Part shown: positions 1 to 10,600 of the stretch, in pieces
Position numbering within the stretch: position 1 is the stretch's first letter
Layout of the letters: each line of letters starts with the position of its first letter
Assembly (NCBI GenBank): GCA_964455585.1
Contig: CAYVXW010000001.1
Span: forward strand, 28,248-92,247
DNA: 64,000 nt
Reading direction: 5' to 3'
Source of the DNA: an uncultured Christensenella sp.
GTDB lineage: Bacteria > Bacillota > Clostridia > Christensenellales > UBA1242
The notes under the pieces: model-generated
Database searches by the model: none
Told to the model about the DNA's origin: nothing
Seen by the model: the letters and a program-made list of their open reading frames with translations, nothing else
Position numbers and translations under genes: made by a program

Positions 1-714
1 AACCTAGACGGAAGCGTTACCGAATGTATTGGCATTGAGGAAACCGAAACCGAATATAGAGTGTTATTCAAAAACAACGGCATCCTAACGACGGGATATG
101 TAAACAAACAAAATACCGACATTGCAACCGTGACCCCATCGCAAACAAATGTAATTACAATAAACAAAATTGTTCCAATATACAAATACCCTACTTTACT
201 AAAATATAATGGAAGCATTATAAAAGTGGGCGAATTAGACCACAAAACGGTACTAAATGTATCTAGCAAATATCCAATAAGTATTGACGACAAAACCTTT
301 TATAAATACGAATTTGAGGGACAAATTGGATATATATTCAATGCGGATATAGTAAAAAATGACAACAAAGTAATAAGCAAAGTCCAAGCAAACAACGCTA
401 CAATCAAAGCAATTGGGGTATCCAAAATTTCCATTTTCAATTCAACTAGCGAAGACGAAAAGGAAGAACTAATTGCACTAGAAAATGGCGACAGGGTGTA
501 CGTTGCCGAATATTCAAAAGATGATAAATACACAAAAGTTGTTTACACCGACAAAAACCAAAAAACCACCGAGGGCTACATCCTAACCGAATATCTAGAT
601 ATGGACAAACTAGACGACACAAAAGTTGTACTAATAATAGTAATATGTGTATCGGTAGTTTTGTTAGGTGTGATTATAACAAGTTATGTAGTCATTAGAA
701 AAAAGAGGAAATAA
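1..714 (+). CDS. C-terminal part of a membrane-anchored SH3b-like repeat protein (5' end outside window)
   Basis: Frame 1 is open from base 1, with no stop before the GTG at 61, so the gene enters from upstream. It has repeated G-Y-(V/I) SH3b-like segments (TTGYVNKQN, QIGYIFNADIV, TEGYILTEYL). A C-terminal hydrophobic helix VVLIIVICVSVVLLGVIITSYVVI is followed by RKKRK. Confidence 0.5.
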   Translation, partial: NLDGSVTECIGIEETETEYRVLFKNNGILTTGYVNKQNTDIATVTPSQTNVITINKIVPIYKYPTLLKYNGSIIKVGELDHKTVLNVSSKYPISIDDKTFYKYEFEGQIGYIFNADIVKNDNKVISKVQANNATIKAIGVSKISIFNSTSEDEKEELIALENGDRVYVAEYSKDDKYTKVVYTDKNQKTTEGYILTEYLDMDKLDDTKVVLIIVICVSVVLLGVIITSYVVIRKKRK

Positions 715-735
715 AACCACTTTATAAAAAATAAA

Positions 736-765
736 AGTGTCACTTTGATTAGTGGCACTTTTTTA
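736..765 (+). terminator. Rho-independent terminator
   Basis: AGTGTCACT-ttgatt-AGTGGCACT stem (one G.U pair) followed by TTTTTT. Confidence 0.6.
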
Positions 766-786
766 AACTTTGGTTATTTATAATAC

Positions 787-1341
787 TTATTTATTCCTTA
801 TAACCTTATTTTTATTCTTTATAATTGTTCCCGTTATTTCCGACATTCTTTTTCTTCTATTTTCGGCTAAACTTTGGTCTTTTTGCAATGTTTGCATAGT
901 ACTATTCTTTCCGTAAAAAGAAGTAAAGAATAGTATGCTTAGAACGATGCTCACCACCCCGTAAACCGAAGTAATAATTGGAAGCAAATACCTTCCACTA
1001 CTAAGGTGGTCAGTAACCACCATTGGATTTTCGCTATCATAATAGATAGTGATTTTTTTGCCAACGCTACTAGAGTTTGCATAGTTCGTGGTGTTGTTTT
1101 TAATTTCAACTCCATTTACACTATCAAAGTATTCCAAGGCGTAGCCATAAACACTATCGTCTTCGTTTTTTAGTGCAACGACCTCGGCTTCAACACTCAC
1201 AAAAGAGCCATAGTTTTTATTAAAAACCACACTCCAAATAATCGTATATGTTAGCATTACCAAAAACAAACTTAACATAATGATTACATAAAGTAAATAT
1301 TGTCTTTTTTTCAGTTCCCTTAGGTTAGATATTTCTTGCAT
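787..1341 (-). CDS. DUF3592-like membrane protein
   Basis: The layout is TM helix, beta-rich middle (SVEAEVVALKNED...VGKKITIYYDSENP), then TM helix, which matches my memory of DUF3592. Confidence 0.45.
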   Translation of the reverse strand: MQEISNLRELKKRQYLLYVIIMLSLFLVMLTYTIIWSVVFNKNYGSFVSVEAEVVALKNEDDSVYGYALEYFDSVNGVEIKNNTTNYANSSSVGKKITIYYDSENPMVVTDHLSSGRYLLPIITSVYGVVSIVLSILFFTSFYGKNSTMQTLQKDQSLAENRRKRMSEITGTIIKNKNKVIRNK

Positions 1342-1428
1342 AACGCCCCTTAAAAATCACATTTTAATATTTTTACCCTTTTATATTAACACAAAAAACT
1401 AAAAAATACAATCTATATTTGCAAAACC

Positions 1429-2106
1429 CTATCTAACATAATAATTTTCTAGCACGCCAACCGAGGTTAAAACAGTGTCAACATCGGTAGTTTCCTTTAG
1501 CACCTCAACCCTATTTAAACTTACTTCATAGGCGGTTTTTGTAATAACCTCGTCACCAATTTTCTTTTGATACTCCCTACTTTGTATCCTTCCGCTAACC
1601 GAAACCTTGTCGCCCACGCACAAGTTATTTACAAATCTTGCATTTCTTCCCCATGCAATACAAGGAAGATAATCGCTTTTGTTATAACTCCTGTTTACCG
1701 CAATTAGCACATCGGCAATTTCTCGCTTAAATGGCGTCGTTCTAAAAACAGGCTCTTTGCACACATAACCAACTATATCTATAACATTAGGATTGTCCCC
1801 CTCGACATATGGCAAAAGTTCACGCATAAAGACGGTGAGCATAAGTTTACTTTTTCCGTCATCGAGTTTGTTATAACTCCTAAATTGTCCCGTTCCGGAT
1901 ATCTTTGACCCCAGCGAAATCTTGTTGTCAATCATTAGCCTCTCGCTAATTGTGACGGGGATAATATCAAAAATATCGGATAGTCTAGCCACTTTTAGGC
2001 TTAGTTCATAAAACTTTTCGCCATAACTTTCGTGACTAAACTTCAAATCACTTACCACCTCTCCCGCAATACTTACTCTGTTATTGTTTAGCAAATTGTA
2101 ATCCAT
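1429..2106 (-). CDS. SSB-family OB-fold protein (two tandem OB-like halves)
   Basis: NNRVSIAGEVV...FSHESYGEKFYEL in the first half and CIAWGRNARF...GDKVSVSGRIQSREYQKK in the second half resemble SSB/PriB-type OB folds. Assigned by eye only. Confidence 0.4.
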   Translation of the reverse strand: MDYNLLNNNRVSIAGEVVSDLKFSHESYGEKFYELSLKVARLSDIFDIIPVTISERLMIDNKISLGSKISGTGQFRSYNKLDDGKSKLMLTVFMRELLPYVEGDNPNVIDIVGYVCKEPVFRTTPFKREIADVLIAVNRSYNKSDYLPCIAWGRNARFVNNLCVGDKVSVSGRIQSREYQKKIGDEVITKTAYEVSLNRVEVLKETTDVDTVLTSVGVLENYYVR

Positions 2107-2126
2107 TTTTCTTCTCCTTAAAACAC

Positions 2127-2894
2127 CTAATTATTTTTTCTTTGTATGCCAAGATTATCTATATAATAGTCTTCTTCCATTATTAGGTCGCCAACGGCAC
2201 AAACCTCATAGCCCGCATTTAGCAAACGCTCTAGCATTAAAGGCAAAGCATCAAGCACATGGTCGGCGTTGTTGTGACAAAGTATTATGCTCCCGTTTTG
2301 AACCTTGCCCATAACTCGCTCACAAATATCCACTCCGCTATAGCCTTTCCAATCAAGGGTATCCACACTCCACTGAATAGTCTTTAGCCCCATACTCTCG
2401 GTCAAGTTTAGCATAGTGTTGTTATACGCCCCGTATGGTGCTCGAAATAGTTTAATTTCTTTGCCCGTGATAGCCGTGATAGTCTTTATGCTAGTTTCAA
2501 GTTCTAGCCTCATATCGCTTTCACTAAGTGTAGTAAAATCGGGATGAGTGTTGCTATGTGTTCCAATTTCTATGCCTGCTTCATCAACCGCTTTTACCAT
2601 TTCGGGATAATCTTCCGCCCAAAAACCTACCATAAAAAATGTTGCATTTACCTTGTACTCCTTCAAAATTTCAATAATTTTAAGCGTTTTGTCCGCACCC
2701 CAAGCGGTGTCAAAAGATATTGCAACTTTTTTCTCATCGGTATCAACCGAATAGATGGGAACAAGCCTTGGAGCAGTTCCAAAAAACACCTGTGCACTTG
2801 CACCGCCCCCAAAGTTTATTGATAGCATCACCATACTAATCACTGCCACAAGTAGCAATGCTAGCCACTTTTTTTTAACGACCAAAAATTTCAT
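2127..2894 (-). CDS. Polysaccharide deacetylase (NodB homology domain) with N-terminal signal/anchor
   Basis: NodB motifs are present: FDTAWG, HSNTHPDF, FRAPYG, LCHN. There is an N-terminal hydrophobic segment. Confidence 0.85.
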   Translation of the reverse strand: MKFLVVKKKWLALLLVAVISMVMLSINFGGGASAQVFFGTAPRLVPIYSVDTDEKKVAISFDTAWGADKTLKIIEILKEYKVNATFFMVGFWAEDYPEMVKAVDEAGIEIGTHSNTHPDFTTLSESDMRLELETSIKTITAITGKEIKLFRAPYGAYNNTMLNLTESMGLKTIQWSVDTLDWKGYSGVDICERVMGKVQNGSIILCHNNADHVLDALPLMLERLLNAGYEVCAVGDLIMEEDYYIDNLGIQRKNN

Positions 2895-3027
2895 TTAGCA
2901 CTCCTTTATTATACTTTATCATACTTGGATTTCTTCAAAAAAAGTACTTGTATTTTTGACACTAAAATGGCTCTTTTGTCGAGAAAAGGCATAACCACCC
3001 AAACTTAAAATATATACCCCACTAATA

Positions 3028-3063
3028 ACAAAAAATGATATGGCAAACTAGCACCATATCATT
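3028..3063 (-). terminator. Rho-independent terminator downstream of parC
   Basis: 10-bp stem AATGATATGG/CCATATCATT, with the T-run on the minus strand (A-run at 3029-3035 on plus). Confidence 0.55.
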
Positions 3064-3075
3064 TATATAACTCTA

Positions 3076-5895
3076 TTAACTTTCCTTAAAAGGATAAACC
3101 CTCTTTATTTTTTCCTTAACAATAGCCTTTCCATTGCCAGTTCTAGTATCAATTGGCATTGCATTGCTACGAACAAATGTAAGTTTGCTATCCAAAGTTT
3201 CTACGGCATAGTTTACTTTTGTGCTAAGAACACTAGCGTATACAAGGGTTGCATTCTTTGATTTTGCGCCCAAGTACGAAAGTCCCTTTCTATTTCTTGC
3301 ACTATCCATTACTTCGCTTTGTTTAAGGATTTTTGCGTGTCCATCACTTTGGAACAAAGTAAATGCATCACTAATTGCAACTTGCATTGCGGACACAACC
3401 ATATCGGCTTTGTCTACTGCCATACCCTTGTTGCCTTGTGCCGTTCTTGATGACACTGGCATATCGTCGGTCTTAATCTTTACAGCATTTCCAAGTGCGG
3501 TAAATATTGCAAGTTTTTTGTCTGGGTTATAGAACTCAACCGCTACGACCTCATCACCTTTGGCAAGTTTAATAGCCGTTATAACTTGCTTTGTAGACAA
3601 ATAATCGGTTGCTTTAGAAATTTTTACAAGTCCCGACTTTGTAACAAAGATAAGGTTTGTATCTTTCATTGTAGGCTCAATTTCTAGCATTCCCACAATA
3701 AGTTCGTCTTTTGTAACGTTCTTTGCAAGATTGAATAGCGGAGTTCCCTTGTCTCTAAACTTACACTCGGCAATAGATTTTACAGGCACCCTCACACAAT
3801 TACCTTTGTTTGTAAATACACAAACATCTTTGTTGTCGTCCACCTTAAAACTAATTGCAGGAATTTCGGCAGTAGTTGGGCTAGAGCCAAGTTCCTTGTT
3901 GACCAAGTTATAACTCTTTAGGTTAACCGATTTTAGCGTTCCAACTGGAGTTGCAATAATATGGAATGTTTGGATATCTTCATCCTCATTTTCAATGCTT
4001 TCAAGCACTGCACCACTATCCTCAAAGTGCTCTTCTGCACTCAAAATCTTGGTTCTTCTTGGATTTCCATACTCTTTAACAATTTCTTGAAGTTCGGATT
4101 TTACAACCTTCATTTGCAAAGTTGGGCTCTTCAAAATCGCCGTATACCTCTTTATCAAATCCCTTAGTCTATTTAGGTCGGTAATAAGTTTGTTTACCTC
4201 AAGGTTTGTAAGTCTTGCCAGTCTCATATCAAGGATTGCTTGCGCTTGAATTTCGTCTAGTTCAAAGGTGCTAATAAGTTTTATTTTAGCGTCGGTTACA
4301 CTCTTGCTTGACTTAATAATCCTAACGACTTCGTCAATATTTCTAATTGCAATAAGTAGCCCTTCCAAAATATGCTCTTTCTTAAGCGCCTCTTCTAGGT
4401 CATAATTGGTTCTATTATATATTACTTTTTGTTGATAATTTACATAATAATCAAGAATTTCAATTAGCCCCATTTGCTTAGGTTTTCCGTCGGCAATGGC
4501 TACAATGTTGGCACCAAAAGTAGTTTGAACATCGCAATATTTATATAAAGTATTCAAAATCGCATTGATTTTTGCATCTTTTTTAAGTTTGATAACCGCT
4601 CTTGTTCCAAATCTATCCGACTCGTCCACAATTTCGGCAATTCCACTAAGTGGTCCTGTTGGGTTTGCATCACGATATTTGGCAATTTTCATAAGCATAC
4701 TTGCCTTATTTACTTGATAAGGAATTTCGTTTATAACAATGTTCTTCCTTCCGTTATCGGCATTTTCTATGCTAATTTTTGACCTAATATAAATTTTACC
4801 CTTACCGGTTCTATAAACACCCTCAAGGTCACTGCTATCAAGAATATATCCACCACTAGGAAAATCCGGTGCGGGCATAACTTTCATAAGTTCTTCAAGA
4901 GTAATATTTTTGTTGTCAATATATGCAATAACCGCATTGCAGGCTTCGGCAAGGTTGTGAGTTGGAATATTTGTTGCAAGTCCAACCGCAATACCTTGAC
5001 AACCATTTACAAGTAGGTTAGGAAATCTTCCCGGCAAGGTGTTTGGTTCTTTTAGCCTATCGTCAAAGTTAAGTCCCCAAGTAACCGTATCTTTTTCCAA
5101 ATCCCTCAATAGTTCCAACGCAAGTGGTGTAAGTTTTGCCTCGGTATACCTCATCGCAGCGGCACTATCGCCATCGACCGAGCCAAAGTTTCCGTGTCCG
5201 TTTACAAGTGGCTCACGCATATTAAATGGTTGTGCCATTCTAACCAATGTTTCATAAATACTTGTATCGCCGTGTGGGTGATATTTACCCATACACTCTC
5301 CGACAATACTAGCACTCTTCTTAAATGGTCTATCGGGAAGCACGCCAACTTCTAGCATACTATAAAGCACCCTTCTTTGAACGGGCTTTAGTCCATCCTC
5401 TACACGAGGAAGGGCTCTGTCCATAATAACAAATTCGCTATATGGAATCATACTGTCGTGAATGGTTTGAGACAATGTTTTAGTTACATAATTTGTGTTA
5501 TAATCTTCCAAAGTTATGTCCCTTTGAACCTTTTTACTTTTCCTAGTTCTTGGCTTCTTTTCGCCCTCTTCTTCAGTTTGCATAGCACTATCTTCATTGG
5601 ATTCGTCACCAATGGACGTAAGACTTAAGGTCAAGTTATTTATATCCTCTTCGGTTAGTTCGTCCAAAGGCTTGTCCATATCCAATTTTTTTGACTTTGT
5701 GCTTGACTTTGGCTTTGTTGCCGTCTTTTCTTGAGGCTTTACATCCTCAATAGTTACTTGCTCGGCTTTTGGCTCTATATCTTTTTTTGTTTTGCTTTCT
5801 TGTTCGCTTCCAGAACGGTTTGCAAATAAATCTTTTTTTACCGCTCCTTTTTTAGGAGTAGTATTTTTATCTTTCAATTCGTCATCTTTAGCCAT
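3076..5895 (-). CDS. parC: Type IIA topoisomerase A subunit, most likely topoisomerase IV ParC
   Basis: GyrA/ParC core motifs are present ([24 protein letters not shown]). I could not find a GyrA box (QRRGGKG-like) in the C-terminal domain. The gene follows a GyrB/ParE gene. The start is placed at the ATG at 5895 (MAKDD), with AGGAG upstream and an ATGGCTAA overlap with the parE stop. The ORF-track start at 5919 is also possible. Confidence 0.75.
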   Translation of the reverse strand: MAKDDELKDKNTTPKKGAVKKDLFANRSGSEQESKTKKDIEPKAEQVTIEDVKPQEKTATKPKSSTKSKKLDMDKPLDELTEEDINNLTLSLTSIGDESNEDSAMQTEEEGEKKPRTRKSKKVQRDITLEDYNTNYVTKTLSQTIHDSMIPYSEFVIMDRALPRVEDGLKPVQRRVLYSMLEVGVLPDRPFKKSASIVGECMGKYHPHGDTSIYETLVRMAQPFNMREPLVNGHGNFGSVDGDSAAAMRYTEAKLTPLALELLRDLEKDTVTWGLNFDDRLKEPNTLPGRFPNLLVNGCQGIAVGLATNIPTHNLAEACNAVIAYIDNKNITLEELMKVMPAPDFPSGGYILDSSDLEGVYRTGKGKIYIRSKISIENADNGRKNIVINEIPYQVNKASMLMKIAKYRDANPTGPLSGIAEIVDESDRFGTRAVIKLKKDAKINAILNTLYKYCDVQTTFGANIVAIADGKPKQMGLIEILDYYVNYQQKVIYNRTNYDLEEALKKEHILEGLLIAIRNIDEVVRIIKSSKSVTDAKIKLISTFELDEIQAQAILDMRLARLTNLEVNKLITDLNRLRDLIKRYTAILKSPTLQMKVVKSELQEIVKEYGNPRRTKILSAEEHFEDSGAVLESIENEDEDIQTFHIIATPVGTLKSVNLKSYNLVNKELGSSPTTAEIPAISFKVDDNKDVCVFTNKGNCVRVPVKSIAECKFRDKGTPLFNLAKNVTKDELIVGMLEIEPTMKDTNLIFVTKSGLVKISKATDYLSTKQVITAIKLAKGDEVVAVEFYNPDKKLAIFTALGNAVKIKTDDMPVSSRTAQGNKGMAVDKADMVVSAMQVAISDAFTLFQSDGHAKILKQSEVMDSARNRKGLSYLGAKSKNATLVYASVLSTKVNYAVETLDSKLTFVRSNAMPIDTRTGNGKAIVKEKIKRVYPFKES

Positions 5896-7858
5896 GATTT
5901 TTCTTACTCCTAGTTTCAAATAAATCTACTCTATTAAAGTTTGCATTTGCCGTAATATACTTTTTCCTTGCTTCAATGTTGTCGCCCATAAGGGTTGTAA
6001 TCATTTCTTCGGCATCGGCAAGGTCGTCAATTGTCACACGAACTAGCACTCTTTTTGCGGGGTCCATTGTGGTTTCCCATAGTTGCTCGGCAGACATTTC
6101 TCCAAGACCTTTAAATCTTGTAACCGAGTAGCCCGCCCCCGCTTCTTTTACGACATCATCATAATCTTCTTCGTCATAAACATATTTTTCAAAATTCTTT
6201 TTGTAAATTTTGTATAGTGGCGCTATAGCAACATACACGTGACCGGTATTAATAAGTTCACGCATATACCTATAAAAGAAAGTCAAAAGTATTGCTCTAA
6301 TATGCGCACCGTCTTGGTCGGCATCCGCCATAATAATAATTTTGTTATACTTTAGATGTTCAATATTAAAGTCCGAACCAATTCCCGTACCGATAGCAGA
6401 AATCATCGTTCTAATTTCTTCGTTTTCAAGTATTTGTGATAGTTTCTTTTTCTCTACATTTAGCGGTTTTCCACGCAAAGGAAGTATGGCTTGGAACGAC
6501 CTATCCCTTGCTTGTTTGGCACTTCCGCCCGCACTATCACCCTCTACAATGAACACCTCATTTAGCAAAGGATTTCTTCCTGTACAACTAGACAACTTTC
6601 CTACAAGCGAATATGTGTCTACGCTATTTTTTTGTCTAGTAATTTCTTTTGCTCTCTTTGCCGCATCCCTAACCTTGGCAGCACCCTTGGCTTTGTTTAT
6701 AATATCAGTCAAAGTTTGTTTGCTACTGGTTTGGTTTGCGTAATTTATAAGACCTTCATAGATAATATTTTCAACCTCGGGTCTAGCCTCAGGATTTCCT
6801 AGTTTGGTCTTTGTTTGTCCCTCAAATTGAACATTTTTCATCTTTATTGCAAGGACAACCGTCATACCTTCCCTATAGTCCTCGCCAAGCAAGTTTTGCT
6901 CTTTTTCTTTCAAAAGCCCCATATTTCTTGCAATTTCATTAAACGCTTTTGTAATTCCGCTCTTTAGTCCCGTTTCGTGCATTCCGCCCTCAGGTGTAGG
7001 AATGTTGTTTACATAACTAAACACATTTTCGGAATACAAGTCTACGTGTTGAATAGCACAATATAGTTCAACCAAGTCGGTCTTTGCCTCAATATAGATT
7101 GGGTCTTTGTATATAAGTGTATTTTTTTCGTTAAGGTAAGATATAAATTCCTTCAATCCGTGTGTATATTTATACACTCTTACCCTATCCCCCATTTCCT
7201 CGGGTTGATTTTCGTCTATTAGTTCAATGGTTATCCCTTTATTCAAAAATGCAAGTTCTCTAACCCTCTTTGCAATAGTATCCCTATCAAAGAGAGCGTC
7301 TTTGAATATAAGTTTGTCAGGTTTGAAAGTAACTGTTGTACCCGTTTCCTTTGTTGGACCCAAGCACTCAAGTGGTGCCACAGGAACACCGCCCGAATAT
7401 TTATCTTTGCCCTTTTTAACCGTCTTGAACTCCATAAAATATTTGAATCCGTCTTTGCAAACTTCAACCTTTAGCCACTCACTAAGTGCATTTGTAACAC
7501 TTGCACCAACACCGTGAAGACCGCCCGAATAAGCATAGTTTGAGTTATTGAATTTACCACCCGCGTGAAGTTGGGTAAATACGACTTGAACACCGCTTAT
7601 TTTTAGAGTTGGATGTTTGTCAACTGGTATGCCTCTACCATTATCCTTTACCGTAACACTATTGTCGGTGTGGATAGTAATAGTAATTTTGTCGCCAAAG
7701 CCGTTTGCAATTTCGTCAATTGAGTTGTCTACAATTTCCCAAAGCAAATGGTGAAGCCCCTTGACCCCCGTTGTTCCAATGTACATTCCGGGTCTAAGCC
7801 TTACCGCATCAAGCCCTTGCAAAACAACTATATCTTTACTCTTGTAATTCTCAGCCAA
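5888..7858 (-). CDS. parE: Type IIA topoisomerase B subunit, most likely topoisomerase IV ParE
   Basis: GHKL ATPase and TOPRIM motifs are present ([33 protein letters not shown]). It is translationally coupled to the parC-like gene. Confidence 0.75.
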   Translation of the reverse strand: MAENYKSKDIVVLQGLDAVRLRPGMYIGTTGVKGLHHLLWEIVDNSIDEIANGFGDKITITIHTDNSVTVKDNGRGIPVDKHPTLKISGVQVVFTQLHAGGKFNNSNYAYSGGLHGVGASVTNALSEWLKVEVCKDGFKYFMEFKTVKKGKDKYSGGVPVAPLECLGPTKETGTTVTFKPDKLIFKDALFDRDTIAKRVRELAFLNKGITIELIDENQPEEMGDRVRVYKYTHGLKEFISYLNEKNTLIYKDPIYIEAKTDLVELYCAIQHVDLYSENVFSYVNNIPTPEGGMHETGLKSGITKAFNEIARNMGLLKEKEQNLLGEDYREGMTVVLAIKMKNVQFEGQTKTKLGNPEARPEVENIIYEGLINYANQTSSKQTLTDIINKAKGAAKVRDAAKRAKEITRQKNSVDTYSLVGKLSSCTGRNPLLNEVFIVEGDSAGGSAKQARDRSFQAILPLRGKPLNVEKKKLSQILENEEIRTMISAIGTGIGSDFNIEHLKYNKIIIMADADQDGAHIRAILLTFFYRYMRELINTGHVYVAIAPLYKIYKKNFEKYVYDEEDYDDVVKEAGAGYSVTRFKGLGEMSAEQLWETTMDPAKRVLVRVTIDDLADAEEMITTLMGDNIEARKKYITANANFNRVDLFETRSKKNHG

Positions 7859-8055
7859 AATTTTTCTCCCTTATTTTAAACATTTCCAAAATCAATTATA
7901 TCACAAAAAAAACCAAATTCCAAATAATTTGCTTTGTTTGGTCATTTTTTAACACACACTACTTTATTTTATTTTTATTCATTTTTTCAAATAAAAATAC
8001 ACAAAGCATAATAATTTATTTTTCATCATAAAATAATTTAACATAAGGAGATTGT

Positions 8056-9111
8056 ATGAAAAAAATTGTATTTACTGGTGGTGGCACGGGCGGACATATT
8101 ATGCCAAACCTGTCTCTTATCAAAAGCCTTCAAGACAAGTATAAAATATACTATTTTGGTTCTAACGGAATGGAGAAAGATATACTAAAAAACTATCCCA
8201 AAGTCACCTTTGTAGAAATTCCTACCGTCAAATTTGTAAGGAGTTTGACACCAAAAAACCTTATGATACCATTTAAACTTGCGTCAAGCATCAAAGCTAC
8301 CAAAAGGAAACTAAAAGAAATATCGCCAAATCTAATTTTTTCCAAAGGCGGTTTTGTATCCATTCCAGTATGTCTGGCGGGGCAAAAACTAAAAATCCCC
8401 ACCATCACTCACGAAAGCGACATAACAATGGGACTAGCAAACAAAATAATAGCAAAAAACGCAAAAGTTGTGTGTTGTAGTTTTGAAACCACGGCAAATA
8501 AATATGGAAAAAACGCCATATACTTAGGTTCGCCCATTCGCCCACAAATCTATTTGGGGAAAAAAGAAAATGTTTTAAATAAATACAATCTAACAACAAA
8601 TAAGCCCATAATTTTGATTACGGGCGGAAGTTTAGGCGCGCAAGCGATAAACAACATTATATGGGAGAATTTGACCGCTCTTACGCAAAAATTCACCCTA
8701 ATCCACCTTGTTGGAAAAGGCAAAACAAACAAGCAATTCAAAAACTCAAGCAGTTATGTCCAAATAGAGTTTGTTCCAAATATTGAGGATTATTTTGCCG
8801 TCGCCGACCTAGTTGTTTCAAGGGCAGGAAGCAACACCATTTTTGAACTTTTGGCGCTCAAGAAACTAATGCTTCTTATCCCCCTTTCCAAAAAATCTAG
8901 CCGTGGTGACCAAATTTTAAACGCCAAGGATTTCAAATCCAAAGGCTTTTGCGAATATATTTTGGAAGAAAACTTGTCGCCAAGCACTCTAGCAAGCACA
9001 ATCGCCCAAATGCTCAAAAACAAAAATAATTACATATCAAAAATCAACACGGCACCCTCTCCCGATGGCACAAAAAGCATACTTGCCACAATCGAAAAAT
9101 ATATGCTTTAG
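8056..9111 (+). CDS. murG: Undecaprenyldiphospho-muramoylpentapeptide beta-N-acetylglucosaminyltransferase
   Basis: N-terminal GGGTGGHIMP motif, GT28 length and layout, and a GGAG RBS upstream. Confidence 0.9.
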   Translation: MKKIVFTGGGTGGHIMPNLSLIKSLQDKYKIYYFGSNGMEKDILKNYPKVTFVEIPTVKFVRSLTPKNLMIPFKLASSIKATKRKLKEISPNLIFSKGGFVSIPVCLAGQKLKIPTITHESDITMGLANKIIAKNAKVVCCSFETTANKYGKNAIYLGSPIRPQIYLGKKENVLNKYNLTTNKPIILITGGSLGAQAINNIIWENLTALTQKFTLIHLVGKGKTNKQFKNSSSYVQIEFVPNIEDYFAVADLVVSRAGSNTIFELLALKKLMLLIPLSKKSSRGDQILNAKDFKSKGFCEYILEENLSPSTLASTIAQMLKNKNNYISKINTAPSPDGTKSILATIEKYML

Positions 9112-9113
9112 TT

Positions 9114-9215
9114 AAAAAAGAAAGAAGCCTAATCCCCTAGACAACAAACACTTCAAAAACCAAACAACTTTGTGAAGATTCGCATCAAGGACACACCAAA
9201 ACTTCTTTCTTTTTT
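9114..9215. terminator. Long A/T-flanked hairpin between convergent murG and ddl
   Basis: 14-bp arms AAAAAAGAAAGAAG (9114-9127) and CTTCTTTCTTTTTT (9202-9215) enclose a smaller CTTCA...TGAAG hairpin. Confidence 0.4.
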
Positions 9216-9355
9216 AGTACATTTTTTAGCACTTCTTTAATTATTGAATTTTTTTAGCACATCTATTTTTAGTACTTCTTTAATTATGTTTTTTAGCACC
9301 TCTTTTTCAGTACATATTTAATTATGGATTTTTTAGCACACCTTTAATTTATGGG
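9211..9355. repeat. Degenerate AT-rich tandem repeat, ~39-40 bp period
   Basis: The unit TTTTTAGCAC-n-TCT...TAGTAC...TTTAATTAT recurs. TAGCAC occurs at 9227, 9255, 9294 and 9334; TAGTAC/CAGTAC occurs at 9215, 9270 and 9308. Confidence 0.6.
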
Positions 9356-9358
9356 GCG

Positions 9359-10486
9359 TTATTTTTCAAGTAATTTAAGCCCACTTTTCAAAATATCCAA
9401 ATCAAAATCCTCTTGCTTTTTACCATTTTCCACTGCCCTTTTGGTGGCATTGGACACAAGCATTTCAATAAGCACCTCGTATGGGAGTTTTTCCTTGTCA
9501 AACAAATAGTTTGACATTGAACCGGGGATTGTGTTGACTTCGTTTATATATAGATTATCATTTTTATCTATAATAAAGTCGAACCTCACCACACCAAATA
9601 AGTCAAGTTTTTTATAAACTTTACCCGCAATATCCTTTATTTCATTCTCAACACTTTTTGAAATTTTGGCAGGCATAATTCTTTTAATAGTCTCAAACCC
9701 GCCCGAATTTTCCCTATACTTATCATCAAAACTTAGTATTTCAGAACTAGCGCAAGGCTCCTCGGTGTTGGAAAAAACCATTTCACCCTTGTTTGAAACG
9801 ATTGCAATATTGACCTCTTTTTTTACATCAACAAACTTTTCCACCAAAACCTTTTTATCAAACGCAAACGCTTTTGAAAGTTTTTTGTGCAGTTCCCCCT
9901 CGTCTTTTGCAACCTCAATCCCAATACTACTGCCAAGCCTTGAGGGCTTTATAATTAGTGGGTATCCAAGCCCCGATAGAGCACTAGTCACTTTTTTGTC
10001 ATCAAGCAAAAAGTCTTTTTCAAAAACCACTTCACCATCAATATGCGGGACATTTAGTCCCTTCATCAAATACTTAAATATAGCCTTATCCAAACACACC
10101 GCACTTGCCGTCATATCGGCGGAAGTATACGGAATGGACGCCTGCTCCAATAGCGCCGATATACCTCCACCCTCGCCAAGCCCTCCGTGAAAACACAAGA
10201 TTGCCGTGTCTATATCCTTATAGTGTTTTAGTTTCTTACCCTTCACCAAATACAAACTTTTAGACGATGGCGAAAGCGTCACTTCTTTTAACTTTTTAAA
10301 CCCATTTGCAAAGTTATCCAAATCAAATAACTCGTCTCCCACAAACCACTTTCCGTCCTTACTTACATAAATAGGTTCAACATTATAGTTAGGCAAATTT
10401 GCGTGGCTCAAAAGTTGCACTCCCGTAATAACGGATATATCGTGCTCAAAACTTTTTCCACCAAACATTACCGCCAAATTAATCAT
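9359..10486 (-). CDS. ddl: D-alanine--D-alanine ligase
   Basis: ATP-grasp Ddl pattern (FGGKSFEHDISV, HGGLGEGG, NEVNTIPG). The start is set at the ATG at 10486, which has an AAGGTGG RBS. The GTG at 10495 lies inside that RBS. Confidence 0.9.
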   Translation of the reverse strand: MINLAVMFGGKSFEHDISVITGVQLLSHANLPNYNVEPIYVSKDGKWFVGDELFDLDNFANGFKKLKEVTLSPSSKSLYLVKGKKLKHYKDIDTAILCFHGGLGEGGGISALLEQASIPYTSADMTASAVCLDKAIFKYLMKGLNVPHIDGEVVFEKDFLLDDKKVTSALSGLGYPLIIKPSRLGSSIGIEVAKDEGELHKKLSKAFAFDKKVLVEKFVDVKKEVNIAIVSNKGEMVFSNTEEPCASSEILSFDDKYRENSGGFETIKRIMPAKISKSVENEIKDIAGKVYKKLDLFGVVRFDFIIDKNDNLYINEVNTIPGSMSNYLFDKEKLPYEVLIEMLVSNATKRAVENGKKQEDFDLDILKSGLKLLEK

Positions 10487-10600
10487 AATAACCACCTTAT
10501 TTTATTTGTATAAATTTCCAAAAAACCAAAAACCAAATCCAAGCCAATTTGACAAATTTATAATCACATAAATTTATCTAAAGCGACCACTAAGAACCAC

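Noticed and set aside
3076-7858. Calling this pair gyrB-gyrA
   Set aside because: No GyrA-box-like motif is seen in the A-subunit C-terminal domain, and the pair is not in a dnaA/dnaN/recF context. I call it parE-parC, but only the full genome (a second pair) can settle this.
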